The notes under the pieces: model-generated | Told to the model about the DNA's origin: nothing | What the model saw: only the letters and a program-made list of their open reading frames with translations | The model's database searches: none | Program-made: the position numbers and the translations under genes | Sequence record: NC_004928.1 | Strand: one strand, 5' to 3' | Length of the DNA stretch: 64,000 bases | Origin: Escherichia phage RB69 | Part shown: positions 56,320 to 64,000 of the stretch, in pieces | Numbering within the stretch: the stretch's first letter is position 1 | Layout of the letters: every line of letters starts with the position of its first letter

Positions 56320-56789
56320 TTAGCCTTATATTCAAGAGTAGGACAGACTTTTTCTTTACGAGCTTTAAGGTATTCACCTATTAATGATTTCTTACGTTCA
56401 ATAGGCTCAAGTCCATTTTTAATTCGTTCTTGGTTTTGTGCAATGAGCTCAATTTCTTTATAATATTTTCTGTCGTTATATTTGTCTAACAACCAAGACG
56501 GACCAATTACCAACCCGGTAGAAATAAAAGCCATGACTGCTACAATTAAAACGCCTACACCAATTGAGGCTGGAACTAATGTCCATAGACTGCTAAAAAC
56601 AAAGAATTTAGTTAAAATTTCATGGCCAATGATTGTGACTGCTGCTAAAATCGCAAATCCAATAATCGAAACAGCCAATACCGGGAGAAATGTTTTCCAA
56701 AAATAAGAACACAACGTTTTCGGGCGATTCCATGTACTATTGAATGCGGCATAAATTTTATAGTGCCAAGAGTTTTCATTGATAATCAT
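56316..56789 (-). CDS. integral membrane protein
   Basis: 157 aa; three hydrophobic helices. Confidence 0.5.
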   Translation of the reverse strand: MIINENSWHYKIYAAFNSTWNRPKTLCSYFWKTFLPVLAVSIIGFAILAAVTIIGHEILTKFFVFSSLWTLVPASIGVGVLIVAVMAFISTGLVIGPSWLLDKYNDRKYYKEIELIAQNQERIKNGLEPIERKKSLIGEYLKARKEKVCPTLEYKAK

Positions 56790-56798
56790 AATAATTCC

Positions 56799-57329
56799 TT
56801 ATTTCAAAGTCGGGATAATAGAATCAAGATAAGCTTTAAGAGCAACTGCTTCATCTTTGTCTAATGTAATGATATGTTGACGAAGGTCATCAATTTGGCG
56901 AATAACTACGACATCACCGTCTTCATAAGAAGGATTAACGCCTAAGACTGTTGTATAGTCAGGGCGGTCCTGATTTGTAATAAAAGCATTACGGCATTTA
57001 GCCCATTGAAGTTTGGCTTTTTTGACTGTTTCAGATTCCATGAATTCTTTCACCTTAGTGACGAATGTTTTCCAATTATTAATAGAAAAACATTCGTCTT
57101 CAGTTTCGATATTAACCCCACTATAAAGTCCGTGATAAAAACGAACTTGAAGGTCTTCGTCAATGTTAATTACAGATGCATGGCCTGGTGGATTGAGTTT
57201 CAAAATCTTGTCCAGTTCCATAGGAAGAATAGTAACAGCATCATCTTCTTGTGTCAGAACGTAAGCATAACCACGTTTTTCGATACATAAATCGCCAAAC
57301 AACTCGGTTGTTTCAATTACAGTTTTCAT
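56799..57329 (-). CDS. hypothetical protein
   Basis: ORF track starts at a TTG (57341); ATG start at MKTVIETTELF. Confidence 0.5.
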   Translation of the reverse strand: MKTVIETTELFGDLCIEKRGYAYVLTQEDDAVTILPMELDKILKLNPPGHASVINIDEDLQVRFYHGLYSGVNIETEDECFSINNWKTFVTKVKEFMESETVKKAKLQWAKCRNAFITNQDRPDYTTVLGVNPSYEDGDVVVIRQIDDLRQHIITLDKDEAVALKAYLDSIIPTLK

Positions 57330-57330
57330 A

Positions 57331-57510
57331 TTATTCACCAATTAAAGTTTCAACAAAATTCACCAAATCATTCAGACAAGCATCAACCTGATTTTCATAA
57401 AAGTCTTCGTTATCATTTACTGCATGATAAGCTACATCATTCAAATCTGATTCGGCCTCACGTAAGTGAGGGATAAGTTCCATCAATTTATTAGCTTGTT
57501 CACGGGTCAT
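57331..57510 (-). CDS. hypothetical small acidic protein
   Basis: 59 aa translated by hand (MTREQANKLMELIPHLREAESDLNDVAYHAV...); start overlaps an upstream 38-aa ORF as ATGA. Confidence 0.3.
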   Translation of the reverse strand: MTREQANKLMELIPHLREAESDLNDVAYHAVNDNEDFYENQVDACLNDLVNFVETLIGE

Positions 57511-57646
57511 TTTACCATACTCGCTTCAATAAGATTAATTACACCATTTACCATGTTATACGTAAACATCGGATAATTGTATTGTACTATAACATAAGCG
57601 ATAAGCAAAAGTTTCATTTTGTTCTCCATTTGTTTTGATAGGACTA

Positions 57647-57675
57647 CTATAACATAGTCCTACCAAGATGTAAAC
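57647..57675 (-). promoter_or_regulatory. early promoter (GTTTAC, 17 nt, TTATAG), ggactat cassette
   Basis: minus strand GTTTACatcttggtaggactatgTTATAGtagtcc. Confidence 0.45.
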
Positions 57676-57908
57676 TACCGATTGTGTTTTAAATGTTGAT
57701 AAAGTTCTTCAACTTGTTTAGGGTCCAAAACAATTAAGTCATTTTCTTGGCGAAGATAATTCCATCCCTTATCCCCAGGGCCATTTTTACAAAACATCAC
57801 CGTCGTCATATCATCATCAGCGCTTTCAGGTAAAAGTTTAAGTACACCGTCTTCAGATTTTCCAGTATAATCGTAAAGCATAATGTCCTCACATAATCTC
57901 GTTAACAT
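57675..57908 (-). CDS. hypothetical protein
   Basis: 77-aa ORF. Confidence 0.4.
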   Translation of the reverse strand: MLTRLCEDIMLYDYTGKSEDGVLKLLPESADDDMTTVMFCKNGPGDKGWNYLRQENDLIVLDPKQVEELYQHLKHNR

Positions 57909-58068
57909 ACATTTGCAATTCGGTGTGGGCGTCGGCCATCTTTTTCATAGCTCTGTTAATGTCGATGTCTCCATCTTCGCAACCATGAGCATTTTCCCAA
58001 TCGGATACAGAATTAGCATACTCTTCAATCAAAAACATCAACTTAGAAATCTTTTCTTTACGTGTCAT
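57889..58068 (-). CDS. hypothetical small protein
   Basis: ORF track extends to 58137 through the cassette; likely start Met24 (MTRKEKISKLMF). Confidence 0.4.
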   Translation of the reverse strand: MTRKEKISKLMFLIEEYANSVSDWENAHGCEDGDIDINRAMKKMADAHTELQMYVNEIM

Positions 58069-58096
58069 AACGTTCTCCTCTAGTAAGTAAGGACTA

Positions 58097-58124
58097 CTAT
58101 AACACAACCTGAGGAGAAGTAAAC
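58097..58124 (-). promoter_or_regulatory. early promoter (GTTTAC, 16 nt, TTATAG)
   Basis: spacer ctcctc is complementary to the downstream GAGGAG. Confidence 0.45.
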
Positions 58125-58169
58125 TGATAGATGCCAAAAAGCCCCAACCTTTCGGAAGGGGCTAGTAAA

Positions 58170-58472
58170 TTAGATAGATGTAGGCTCTAATTTTATTTTC
58201 ATGAACTCAGCAAATTTTCTGGCAGTTTTTATGCCTTGTTCATGACATTCAAATGCATCATCACAGGGGCTATTTTTGTAATGCTTTGCCATATACTTAT
58301 AAAATTTTTCAGAATTCTCAACATTTTGAATTTCGAACAAAGTATATACGTTTTTAATCCCTGATTCCATAAAGTTATCAAAGTACGGGTCAACATATGC
58401 AGTGCCAACAATAGGAGTCGTTGCTGCAAAAAACCCCAGCATCGCCACAATGGCTATCGCTCTTAAGGCCAT
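58170..58472 (-). CDS. secreted or periplasmic small protein
   Basis: 100 aa; N-terminal signal-like hydrophobic segment. Confidence 0.45.
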   Translation of the reverse strand: MALRAIAIVAMLGFFAATTPIVGTAYVDPYFDNFMESGIKNVYTLFEIQNVENSEKFYKYMAKHYKNSPCDDAFECHEQGIKTARKFAEFMKIKLEPTSI

Positions 58473-58484
58473 ATAGGCCTCCTG

Positions 58485-58697
58485 TTAATTTTGGCCAGTA
58501 TTTATTTTTCGCCTTTGGACGGCCTTAACATCTGCGAGGTATTTTTCCAGCTTACGCTTACGAGTATAATCTGCTTTAGAACCAGTTTGACGGATATCCT
58601 CATTTAAATGAGAAATAGAATGTCCTAATTCTCTTCGGATTTCATCCAATTGGGTTACAGTAAGATTACGAAGTTGTCTTTCGTTTAATTGCTGCAT
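58485..58697 (-). CDS. hypothetical protein
   Basis: 70-aa ORF. Confidence 0.4.
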   Translation of the reverse strand: MQQLNERQLRNLTVTQLDEIRRELGHSISHLNEDIRQTGSKADYTRKRKLEKYLADVKAVQRRKINTGQN

Positions 58698-58724
58698 ATA
58701 TACCTCTTGGTTAGATATTAGTAT

Positions 58725-59306
58725 TTATAACAACCCTGTCAAATCGTTCCAATGCTTCCGGCATAATGACACGTATCTATCGGTATCACCAATTTCAATT
58801 TGACTGCCATCTGTAATTGGAAGTCCGTCTTCCGTGACTCTAGCTACCATTGTGGCCTTTTTACCGCAATGACAGACACCTTTAAGTTCAACAAGCTTAT
58901 CGGCAATAGCCATTAATGCTTGAGAACCTTCAAATAGATTACCTTTAAAATCTGTTCGTAGTCCGTATGCCATTACCGGCACATTGTATACGTCAACAAT
59001 ACGACTAAGTTGATACACCTTTTCAGTAGTTAAGAACTGAGCTTCGTCAACAAATACACAGTGAATATCCTTTTGTGCTGCAGCCCATTTATAGAATTCA
59101 AAGATATCCATGTCTTTTGTAATTATATTGGCGTCCTGACGAATACCAATACGAGAGACTATTTCACCTTTTGAATCGCGAGTATCAATAGCCGGTTTAA
59201 GAACTAATACACCCATGCCACGTTCTTTATAGTTATGTGCGGCAGTAAGTAATGAAGCAGACTTACCAGCGTTCATAGCGGCATATGTAAAAATTAAACT
59301 AGCCAT
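58725..59306 (-). CDS. tk: thymidine kinase
   Basis: 193 aa; P-loop AMNAGKS and C-terminal zinc-ribbon cysteines. Confidence 0.9.
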   Translation of the reverse strand: MASLIFTYAAMNAGKSASLLTAAHNYKERGMGVLVLKPAIDTRDSKGEIVSRIGIRQDANIITKDMDIFEFYKWAAAQKDIHCVFVDEAQFLTTEKVYQLSRIVDVYNVPVMAYGLRTDFKGNLFEGSQALMAIADKLVELKGVCHCGKKATMVARVTEDGLPITDGSQIEIGDTDRYVSLCRKHWNDLTGLL

Positions 59307-59315
59307 AAGAGTCCC

Positions 59316-59498
59316 TTATAGTGAATTCACGTAGTCAATGAGTTCTTGTTCTTTCCTGTCAAATGATTCCATCAATGCGTGATATTCTTCATCTGTTAAA
59401 GGAGCATATTCATCGTACGCATTGGTGGCTGCTTGTTCATCCAATAGGTCATGGATAAGTTCGAACAGTTTAGCTTTCTCTTCTTTAGTTAATTTCAT
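59316..59498 (-). CDS. hypothetical small acidic protein
   Basis: 60-aa ORF. Confidence 0.4.
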   Translation of the reverse strand: MKLTKEEKAKLFELIHDLLDEQAATNAYDEYAPLTDEEYHALMESFDRKEQELIDYVNSL

Positions 59499-59989
59499 TT
59501 AGGTTCCCAATCAACAATCACAATTTCTAGTTTAGTGGAATACGTATCTAAAATCTCTTCGATGACATCCCAGTTTCCGCCACCGATACCTGCACCAATT
59601 CTTGGCATATAAATTACAGGCTTTGTTATCTTATTCTTTCCGAATTCATTTAATTCTATTATACAATTCATTAAAGCAGAGTACTCAAAATTAGGTCCCG
59701 GCTCAAACTGCGTATAAAGATTAAAGCAATAAGCTTTATGGGTCTTAAAATATTTTTCATAAACCGAATAAGTCCCGAGTTTAGACTCGTCTCCAAATTC
59801 GGTTTGAAGTTTATCGGCTTCCAGAATTTTTGGATAAGCCTTTGCTAATTGTCCTGCCACACCACCGCCCATTGTATGAAAACAATTACATCCATGAGCA
59901 ATATTATTACCTTTAGAAAACAGGGCGACAATATCGCCCTTGATATAGTTTTTAATCACTTGCTGCAAGTCCTCTAGTATAAGAGTCAA
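59495..59989 (-). CDS. macro-domain protein (ADP-ribose binding or processing)
   Basis: 164 aa; glycine-rich loops HGCNCFHTMGGGVAGQL and IGAGIGGG. Confidence 0.55.
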   Translation of the reverse strand: MTLILEDLQQVIKNYIKGDIVALFSKGNNIAHGCNCFHTMGGGVAGQLAKAYPKILEADKLQTEFGDESKLGTYSVYEKYFKTHKAYCFNLYTQFEPGPNFEYSALMNCIIELNEFGKNKITKPVIYMPRIGAGIGGGNWDVIEEILDTYSTKLEIVIVDWEPK

Positions 59990-60299
59990 CTAGACGGTCC
60001 ACCATAGAATTGCATGCTGCCTTATCTTTAGGTTCCGCCACCGAGCATTCTAATATTTGCCATTTTTTATAGTATCTTTTAATTAAGGTAGACGCCTTGA
60101 ACCTACTAGACGCCCCATCTTTTTCTCCGTCTTTATACGCATATAACAATTTTTGTGAAAAATCTACTTTACACTCTTGACTTTTACCGCAATAATCAGA
60201 CGCCGTTCTGTTTGTATACTCCGTTACATCAGTATATGTAGTATTAGCAAGAGCGTTAAATGAAACCAAGCCAACTATTAAAGCCAACATTTTGGTCAT
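59952..60299 (-). CDS. secreted or periplasmic protein
   Basis: 115 aa; signal peptide MTKMLALIVGLVSFNALA; four cysteines. Confidence 0.45.
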   Translation of the reverse strand: MTKMLALIVGLVSFNALANTTYTDVTEYTNRTASDYCGKSQECKVDFSQKLLYAYKDGEKDGASSRFKASTLIKRYYKKWQILECSVAEPKDKAACNSMVDRLVDSYTRGLAASD

Positions 60300-60838
60300 T
60301 CTTTTATTTCCAGTAGTTTATTTGATTTAAGGTAATTAGCCTTTTCTAGGACTTCAGAAGCATATTTACTTCCAGCACTTGTCTTCCATCCCGCATTATA
60401 TGAGGATATAGCTTTTCTTATATCCCCGTTATGTATATTTAACCAATAAGAAAATTCGATATAAGCCCATCTGGCTGAATTAGACCGCTTAGATAGCATT
60501 TTCTTAATTTGGGCGTCAGTCATATTATAACCAAGCTGGTTAATTCTTGCCCTCATTGTCGGTAGATAATTTTGGAACATTCCATACGCATGGTGACCTT
60601 TCTTATCTTTAAGATTAATACCGGCAGATGATTCCTGCCATAGTATTGCGGCCATTATGTATCCAAGTCCTTTCTTATGCATATTTTCATGCGTTTTAAA
60701 TTTTCCGTCCTTAGAAAACTGTTCCCCAAACTGATAAGCATAATTCAAGTTATCGAGTTGGACATTACTAAAAGTATGCTCGGAGCTATGTGCTGATAAC
60801 GAAAGAGCAAATAGACCAGCGAGTAGTGCTTTTCTCAT
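60296..60838 (-). CDS. periplasmic lytic-transglycosylase-like protein
   Basis: 180 aa; signal peptide; ILWQESS...AYGMFQ resembles the soluble lytic transglycosylase catalytic motif. Confidence 0.5.
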   Translation of the reverse strand: MRKALLAGLFALSLSAHSSEHTFSNVQLDNLNYAYQFGEQFSKDGKFKTHENMHKKGLGYIMAAILWQESSAGINLKDKKGHHAYGMFQNYLPTMRARINQLGYNMTDAQIKKMLSKRSNSARWAYIEFSYWLNIHNGDIRKAISSYNAGWKTSAGSKYASEVLEKANYLKSNKLLEIKE

Positions 60839-60846
60839 GTTTACCT

Positions 60847-61305
60847 CTAGATTTTAATCACTGCTTTAGAAGCTTTTCCTGGTAGTCGTTTACTGTTAAT
60901 AATAGCCATTCTGCATTGAAGAGTCTTCATTTTGAATGCTGGATTTTCGCGACAAACTGTAAGTCCTAACCAAAGATTTCCATCAGTTATTTCTAAACGG
61001 CCCGGGCGATATTCGACACCTTCGACAAAATCTTCATCAACATCTGGACGTGCCGGCATTGATAAAAATTCTGCAACTTCTTTAACATGATTTTTTACTT
61101 TATGAAATAATTCAAAAACGTAATTCTCATCTATTTCTCTCTGGATGGCACGATCTAAGAGATGTTGAGAATACTTGATATGAAAGCCTGGTAGTCCAAG
61201 AGACTTTGCAGCATCTTTTATACTGGCATTTATTTTGCGGAACTCCGTTTCAAAGATTCGACGGAGTTTATTACGGCGGATAAAAACGTCTGAATTGATA
61301 GTCAT
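60847..61305 (-). CDS. regB: RegB site-specific endoribonuclease
   Basis: matches T4 RegB from MTINSDVFIRRNKLRR; ORF track extends upstream into the promoter cassette. Confidence 0.85.
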   Translation of the reverse strand: MTINSDVFIRRNKLRRIFETEFRKINASIKDAAKSLGLPGFHIKYSQHLLDRAIQREIDENYVFELFHKVKNHVKEVAEFLSMPARPDVDEDFVEGVEYRPGRLEITDGNLWLGLTVCRENPAFKMKTLQCRMAIINSKRLPGKASKAVIKI

Positions 61306-61333
61306 TTTGATTTCTCCTCTAGTTGACAGGTCT

Positions 61334-61362
61334 ATAGTAACACAACTAGAGGAGAAGTAAAC
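61334..61362 (-). promoter_or_regulatory. early promoter (GTTTAC, 17 nt, TACTAT); spacer forms a 13-bp inverted repeat with the regB ribosome-binding site
   Basis: tctcctctagttg (61313-61325) and caactagaggaga (61343-61355). Confidence 0.55.
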
Positions 61363-61583
61363 TACTTTATTGATAAAATGAGAGTTAAGGCCCAAGATTC
61401 TTTAGATACTATATTGGCGAAGTGCCTCATCTCTTCGATTTGGCGACGACGCTGGTCAGCATAGTCTTCTTCGCCTTCTTCCTTACAATCTTCAAGGTCT
61501 TCTTCAAGATACTTTAAGTATTCACTACAAATTTTGTTGACCTTTTCCTGGAAGTCCAACAACCCAGTAATAGTAGAAGCCAT
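61362..61583 (-). CDS. hypothetical acidic protein
   Basis: 73-aa ORF. Confidence 0.4.
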   Translation of the reverse strand: MASTITGLLDFQEKVNKICSEYLKYLEEDLEDCKEEGEEDYADQRRRQIEEMRHFANIVSKESWALTLILSIK

Positions 61584-61849
61584 TAGTATTTTTCCTCAGG
61601 TCGAAATACTGCACGACATGCCCACATGCTGGCTTCTTTTAGATGTTGCTTAGCATACTTAAGAGCCTGCACTGCATCCATATCTTCTTTGGTTTGTTGC
61701 TCTGTTTCATTTTCTTTCAAGATATATGCTTCTTCAATCAGAGCATCAAACATCAATCCAAGACGGACTTCTGCATCTTTAATAGCGTTCACTTTACCGA
61801 TTTTATCATCGGTATGCGGCTTGTAGCCTTTGATGTCTTCAATCGACAT
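61583..61849 (-). CDS. hypothetical protein
   Basis: ORF track extends to 62017; likely start Met57 after GAGGA. Confidence 0.4.
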   Translation of the reverse strand: MSIEDIKGYKPHTDDKIGKVNAIKDAEVRLGLMFDALIEEAYILKENETEQQTKEDMDAVQALKYAKQHLKEASMWACRAVFRPEEKY

Positions 61850-62063
61850 AAGGAATTTCCTCATCGGTGGCAAGGTCATATTCGACCAATTGGATAGGCT
61901 CGTTAATACCATATCCACGTACAGTGATATCGGTTGTCGGATATTTTCCAGTAATATCACCCATTCTAAATGCTTCAGTGAATGATTGCTCGCCTGAGCA
62001 ACTAAACCAGGCGGCAAAACATTTTAAAACATCTTCAGACCCTTCTATAATCAATTTAGCCAT
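61839..62063 (-). CDS. hypothetical protein
   Basis: 74-aa ORF. Confidence 0.4.
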   Translation of the reverse strand: MAKLIIEGSEDVLKCFAAWFSCSGEQSFTEAFRMGDITGKYPTTDITVRGYGINEPIQLVEYDLATDEEIPYVD

Positions 62064-62425
62064 TATAGACTCTCAGTAAAGGTACGAGCGATAACGTCGC
62101 GCTGCTGTTCCGGAGTCAGAGAGTTAAAGCGAACTGCATAACCGGATACACGGATGGTCAGCTGCGGATATTTTTCCGGATGCTTAACTGCATCTTCCAG
62201 AGTTTCGCGACGCAGAATGTTAACGTTCAGGTGTTGACCACCTTCAATTTTAACTTTAGGTTGATGTTCAATTTCAATTTCACGGGCATTCAAACCGTAG
62301 AAAATTTCCGGGTCTACAATAGAGTCTTCTTTAAAAGTCTTAGAGACAATAATCCGGGCTTGAGTACCGTCTTCAAAATAAATAGTGCCTTTATGTGCAC
62401 CTTCAAGAATTTGATATGCTTTCAT
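62063..62425 (-). CDS. hypothetical protein
   Basis: 120-aa ORF. Confidence 0.45.
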   Translation of the reverse strand: MKAYQILEGAHKGTIYFEDGTQARIIVSKTFKEDSIVDPEIFYGLNAREIEIEHQPKVKIEGGQHLNVNILRRETLEDAVKHPEKYPQLTIRVSGYAVRFNSLTPEQQRDVIARTFTESL

Positions 62426-62431
62426 ATAACC

Positions 62432-62740
62432 TCAATTAGAAAATAAATTTATCCAAGTTTTTTCTTTAATCAAAAATGGGTCGGAATTAAACGCCATTAA
62501 ACTTTGAGTGATTAATCCCTTAAATGGCCCATCAATAAATTCCATTTTGAAATGCGGAATACTAGTCATCAACCGTGCATTAGGAGCAGTACAAAGAACC
62601 TGCTGCCCTGCGAACGGACCTTTAGTCAAACGGTATCGTTTAGGTTTAAAATGGTAAATCTCGTAATTTTCTACAAGAGCCCTTTTATTGCATACTGGGC
62701 TGTTATAACAATATTCAAAAACTTCAATAGTGGTCATCAT
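62432..62740 (-). CDS. hypothetical Cys-rich protein
   Basis: ORF track extends to 62803; Met22 start overlaps the upstream stop as ATGA. Confidence 0.4.
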   Translation of the reverse strand: MMTTIEVFEYCYNSPVCNKRALVENYEIYHFKPKRYRLTKGPFAGQQVLCTAPNARLMTSIPHFKMEFIDGPFKGLITQSLMAFNSDPFLIKEKTWINLFSN

Positions 62741-63312
62741 TGCATTCCAATCACAAAAAATTGAGGACGAGCAATACCGCCGATGCAATATTTGCTTTTG
62801 CAACAGTGTTGGACTGTTTTAATATGTATGTCGTAAATCTTATCCATATCAGGAGCTTTAATAGGCTCGTCAATTATATACAGAATACGAGAAAGCGTTA
62901 ATCCACGGAATTTAGAACCTTCATTGCCAATAAAACTACGAACAGAATCAGTAAATAAACGGAATCGAATATCGTCGCTAGAATAACGAGAAAATTCTTT
63001 TTCAATGTTGCCAGCAGAAATTTTAGCATAAGCTGAAGTATTAGAAAGAACAATAACTGTTCCACCATCATACAGCCAATTAGCAGCAAAGTTAGTCACA
63101 GCAATTGATTTACCTGATTGTCGGCCGCCGTCTAAACGAAGTGTACAGTACTGCTTGAGTACGTCTTCAAATGGTGGGACATAACCGTTCTTACAAATTT
63201 CTTCTACTCTAGCATCAGAATGGTGTGTAAAAGCATTCATCAGGGATAGATAAGGTCCAGTTAAAAATGTTCTCATATTATTTCTCTTAAGGTTTTGGCC
63301 ATTCCGTGGCAC
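62737..63312 (-). CDS. P-loop NTPase-like protein
   Basis: 191 aa; Walker-A-like GGRQSGKS. Confidence 0.45.
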   Translation of the reverse strand: MPRNGQNLKRNNMRTFLTGPYLSLMNAFTHHSDARVEEICKNGYVPPFEDVLKQYCTLRLDGGRQSGKSIAVTNFAANWLYDGGTVIVLSNTSAYAKISAGNIEKEFSRYSSDDIRFRLFTDSVRSFIGNEGSKFRGLTLSRILYIIDEPIKAPDMDKIYDIHIKTVQHCCKSKYCIGGIARPQFFVIGMQ

Positions 63313-63448
63313 ATGTTAGGTCCTTAGACTCGCTATGTAAACCCATTACCGCATTGCGCTCGACCTTATTACAGGTTGGAAAAGGTACATCACTCAGAGG
63401 ACTCGACGTTCATAAGGAGAGGTTGCGTTTCCCTTTATTAGGCAAGAA

Positions 63449-63778
63449 TTATACTCTAGGCTTTTGAGCTTGTTTGGTATTGGATTCCCATGCGGCTTTG
63501 GTAATTTTGTTAGCGGCATAACCAAAGGCATTAGATAGAACACCTTTAGAGTTGAATACATCCAATCCAATAAGTACACCGGCTGTGTTAAATTTAGGAG
63601 CAAAGTACGCATTAGTTTTAGAAAGAGCTTTTTTCAATTCAGGGTCTTGAACCAAGCCATCAAAAACGCCTTTACTATTTACTTTGTATGTTACTTTGGG
63701 ATTTTTACCTTCTTCGATAGCAGCTTTCTGTTCCGCAGATAATGTAACTGCAGCGATAAACTCCTGATATGTTTTCAT
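63449..63778 (-). CDS. capsid internal protein with N-terminal capsid-targeting sequence
   Basis: 109 aa; N-terminus MKTYQEFIAA matches the conserved T4 internal-protein targeting sequence. Confidence 0.7.
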   Translation of the reverse strand: MKTYQEFIAAVTLSAEQKAAIEEGKNPKVTYKVNSKGVFDGLVQDPELKKALSKTNAYFAPKFNTAGVLIGLDVFNSKGVLSNAFGYAANKITKAAWESNTKQAQKPRV

Positions 63779-63847
63779 TTTGTTCCTATTGTTTTAATTT
63801 ATGTTATTCTTTAGGGAAGTTTTTAGAGTATGCATCATAAAGTTTAT

Positions 63848-64000
63848 TACCAATACGACGGAAGACTTTCAGCTGCAAAACGGTTTTCAGGGTTTTTAAT
63901 CATGATTTGCATCATGTAAGTTCCTGCATCCGAAAGAGCTTCTTCATAGTACCCATTAATTTCTTTAAGAGTCCTACGTTTACCGCCAGGACCGTCAACA
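63848..64000 (-). CDS. C-terminal fragment of a gene that starts beyond the window
   Basis: open minus-strand frame from the window edge to a TAA near 63848 (VDGPGGKRRTLKEINGYYEE...); absent from the ORF track because it is partial. Confidence 0.35.

Noticed and set aside
62063-62425. Possible Vs (valyl-tRNA synthetase modifier) assignment
   Set aside because: Only size and rough position match T4; gene order between tk and regB differs, and the 115-aa ORF at 59952..60299 is an equally plausible positional candidate. No sequence-level support for either.
63394-63612. 72-aa minus-strand ORF
   Set aside because: Overlaps the internal-protein gene in another frame and runs into the non-coding interval; the internal-protein frame has the recognisable targeting sequence.
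1-64000. Search for tRNA, rRNA, CRISPR arrays, integrase or transposase
   Set aside because: No cloverleaf-compatible GTTCGA-type arms, no regularly spaced repeats beyond the promoter cassettes, and no recombinase-like ORF were seen by eye.

Overview
This window is the left end of a T4-like (Tevenvirinae) myovirus genome. It is almost entirely coded on the minus strand and runs from rIIA (stop codon at 1-3) to the internal-protein genes. The order matches the T4 early/middle region: rIIA, rIIA.1, fused topoisomerase 39/60, dexA, dda, srd, modA, modB, soc, 56, 61, 41, 40, uvsX, 42, 43, regA, 62, 44, 45, rpbA, 46, 47, 55, nrdH, nrdG, nrdD, 49, nrdC, tk, regB, IP. From memory, the DNA polymerase and the layout look like RB69-type phages; I could not run a search to confirm this. 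No rRNA, tRNA, CRISPR array, transposase or homing-endonuclease gene was found. The most notable content is a candidate DNA hypermodification system where T4 carries its glucosyltransferases: a divergent pyrimidine hydroxymethylase, a four-enzyme sugar-nucleotide pathway, a U32-like protein, and a separate transferase-sized ORF next to rIIA.1. The intergenic regions carry families of early-promoter cassettes, some of which pair the promoter spacer with the downstream ribosome-binding site, plus stable tetraloop terminators and T4-style middle and late promoters. All coordinates of regulatory elements were counted by hand and may be off by 1-3 nt. All protein calls rest on motifs and remembered T4 sequences, not on database searches.
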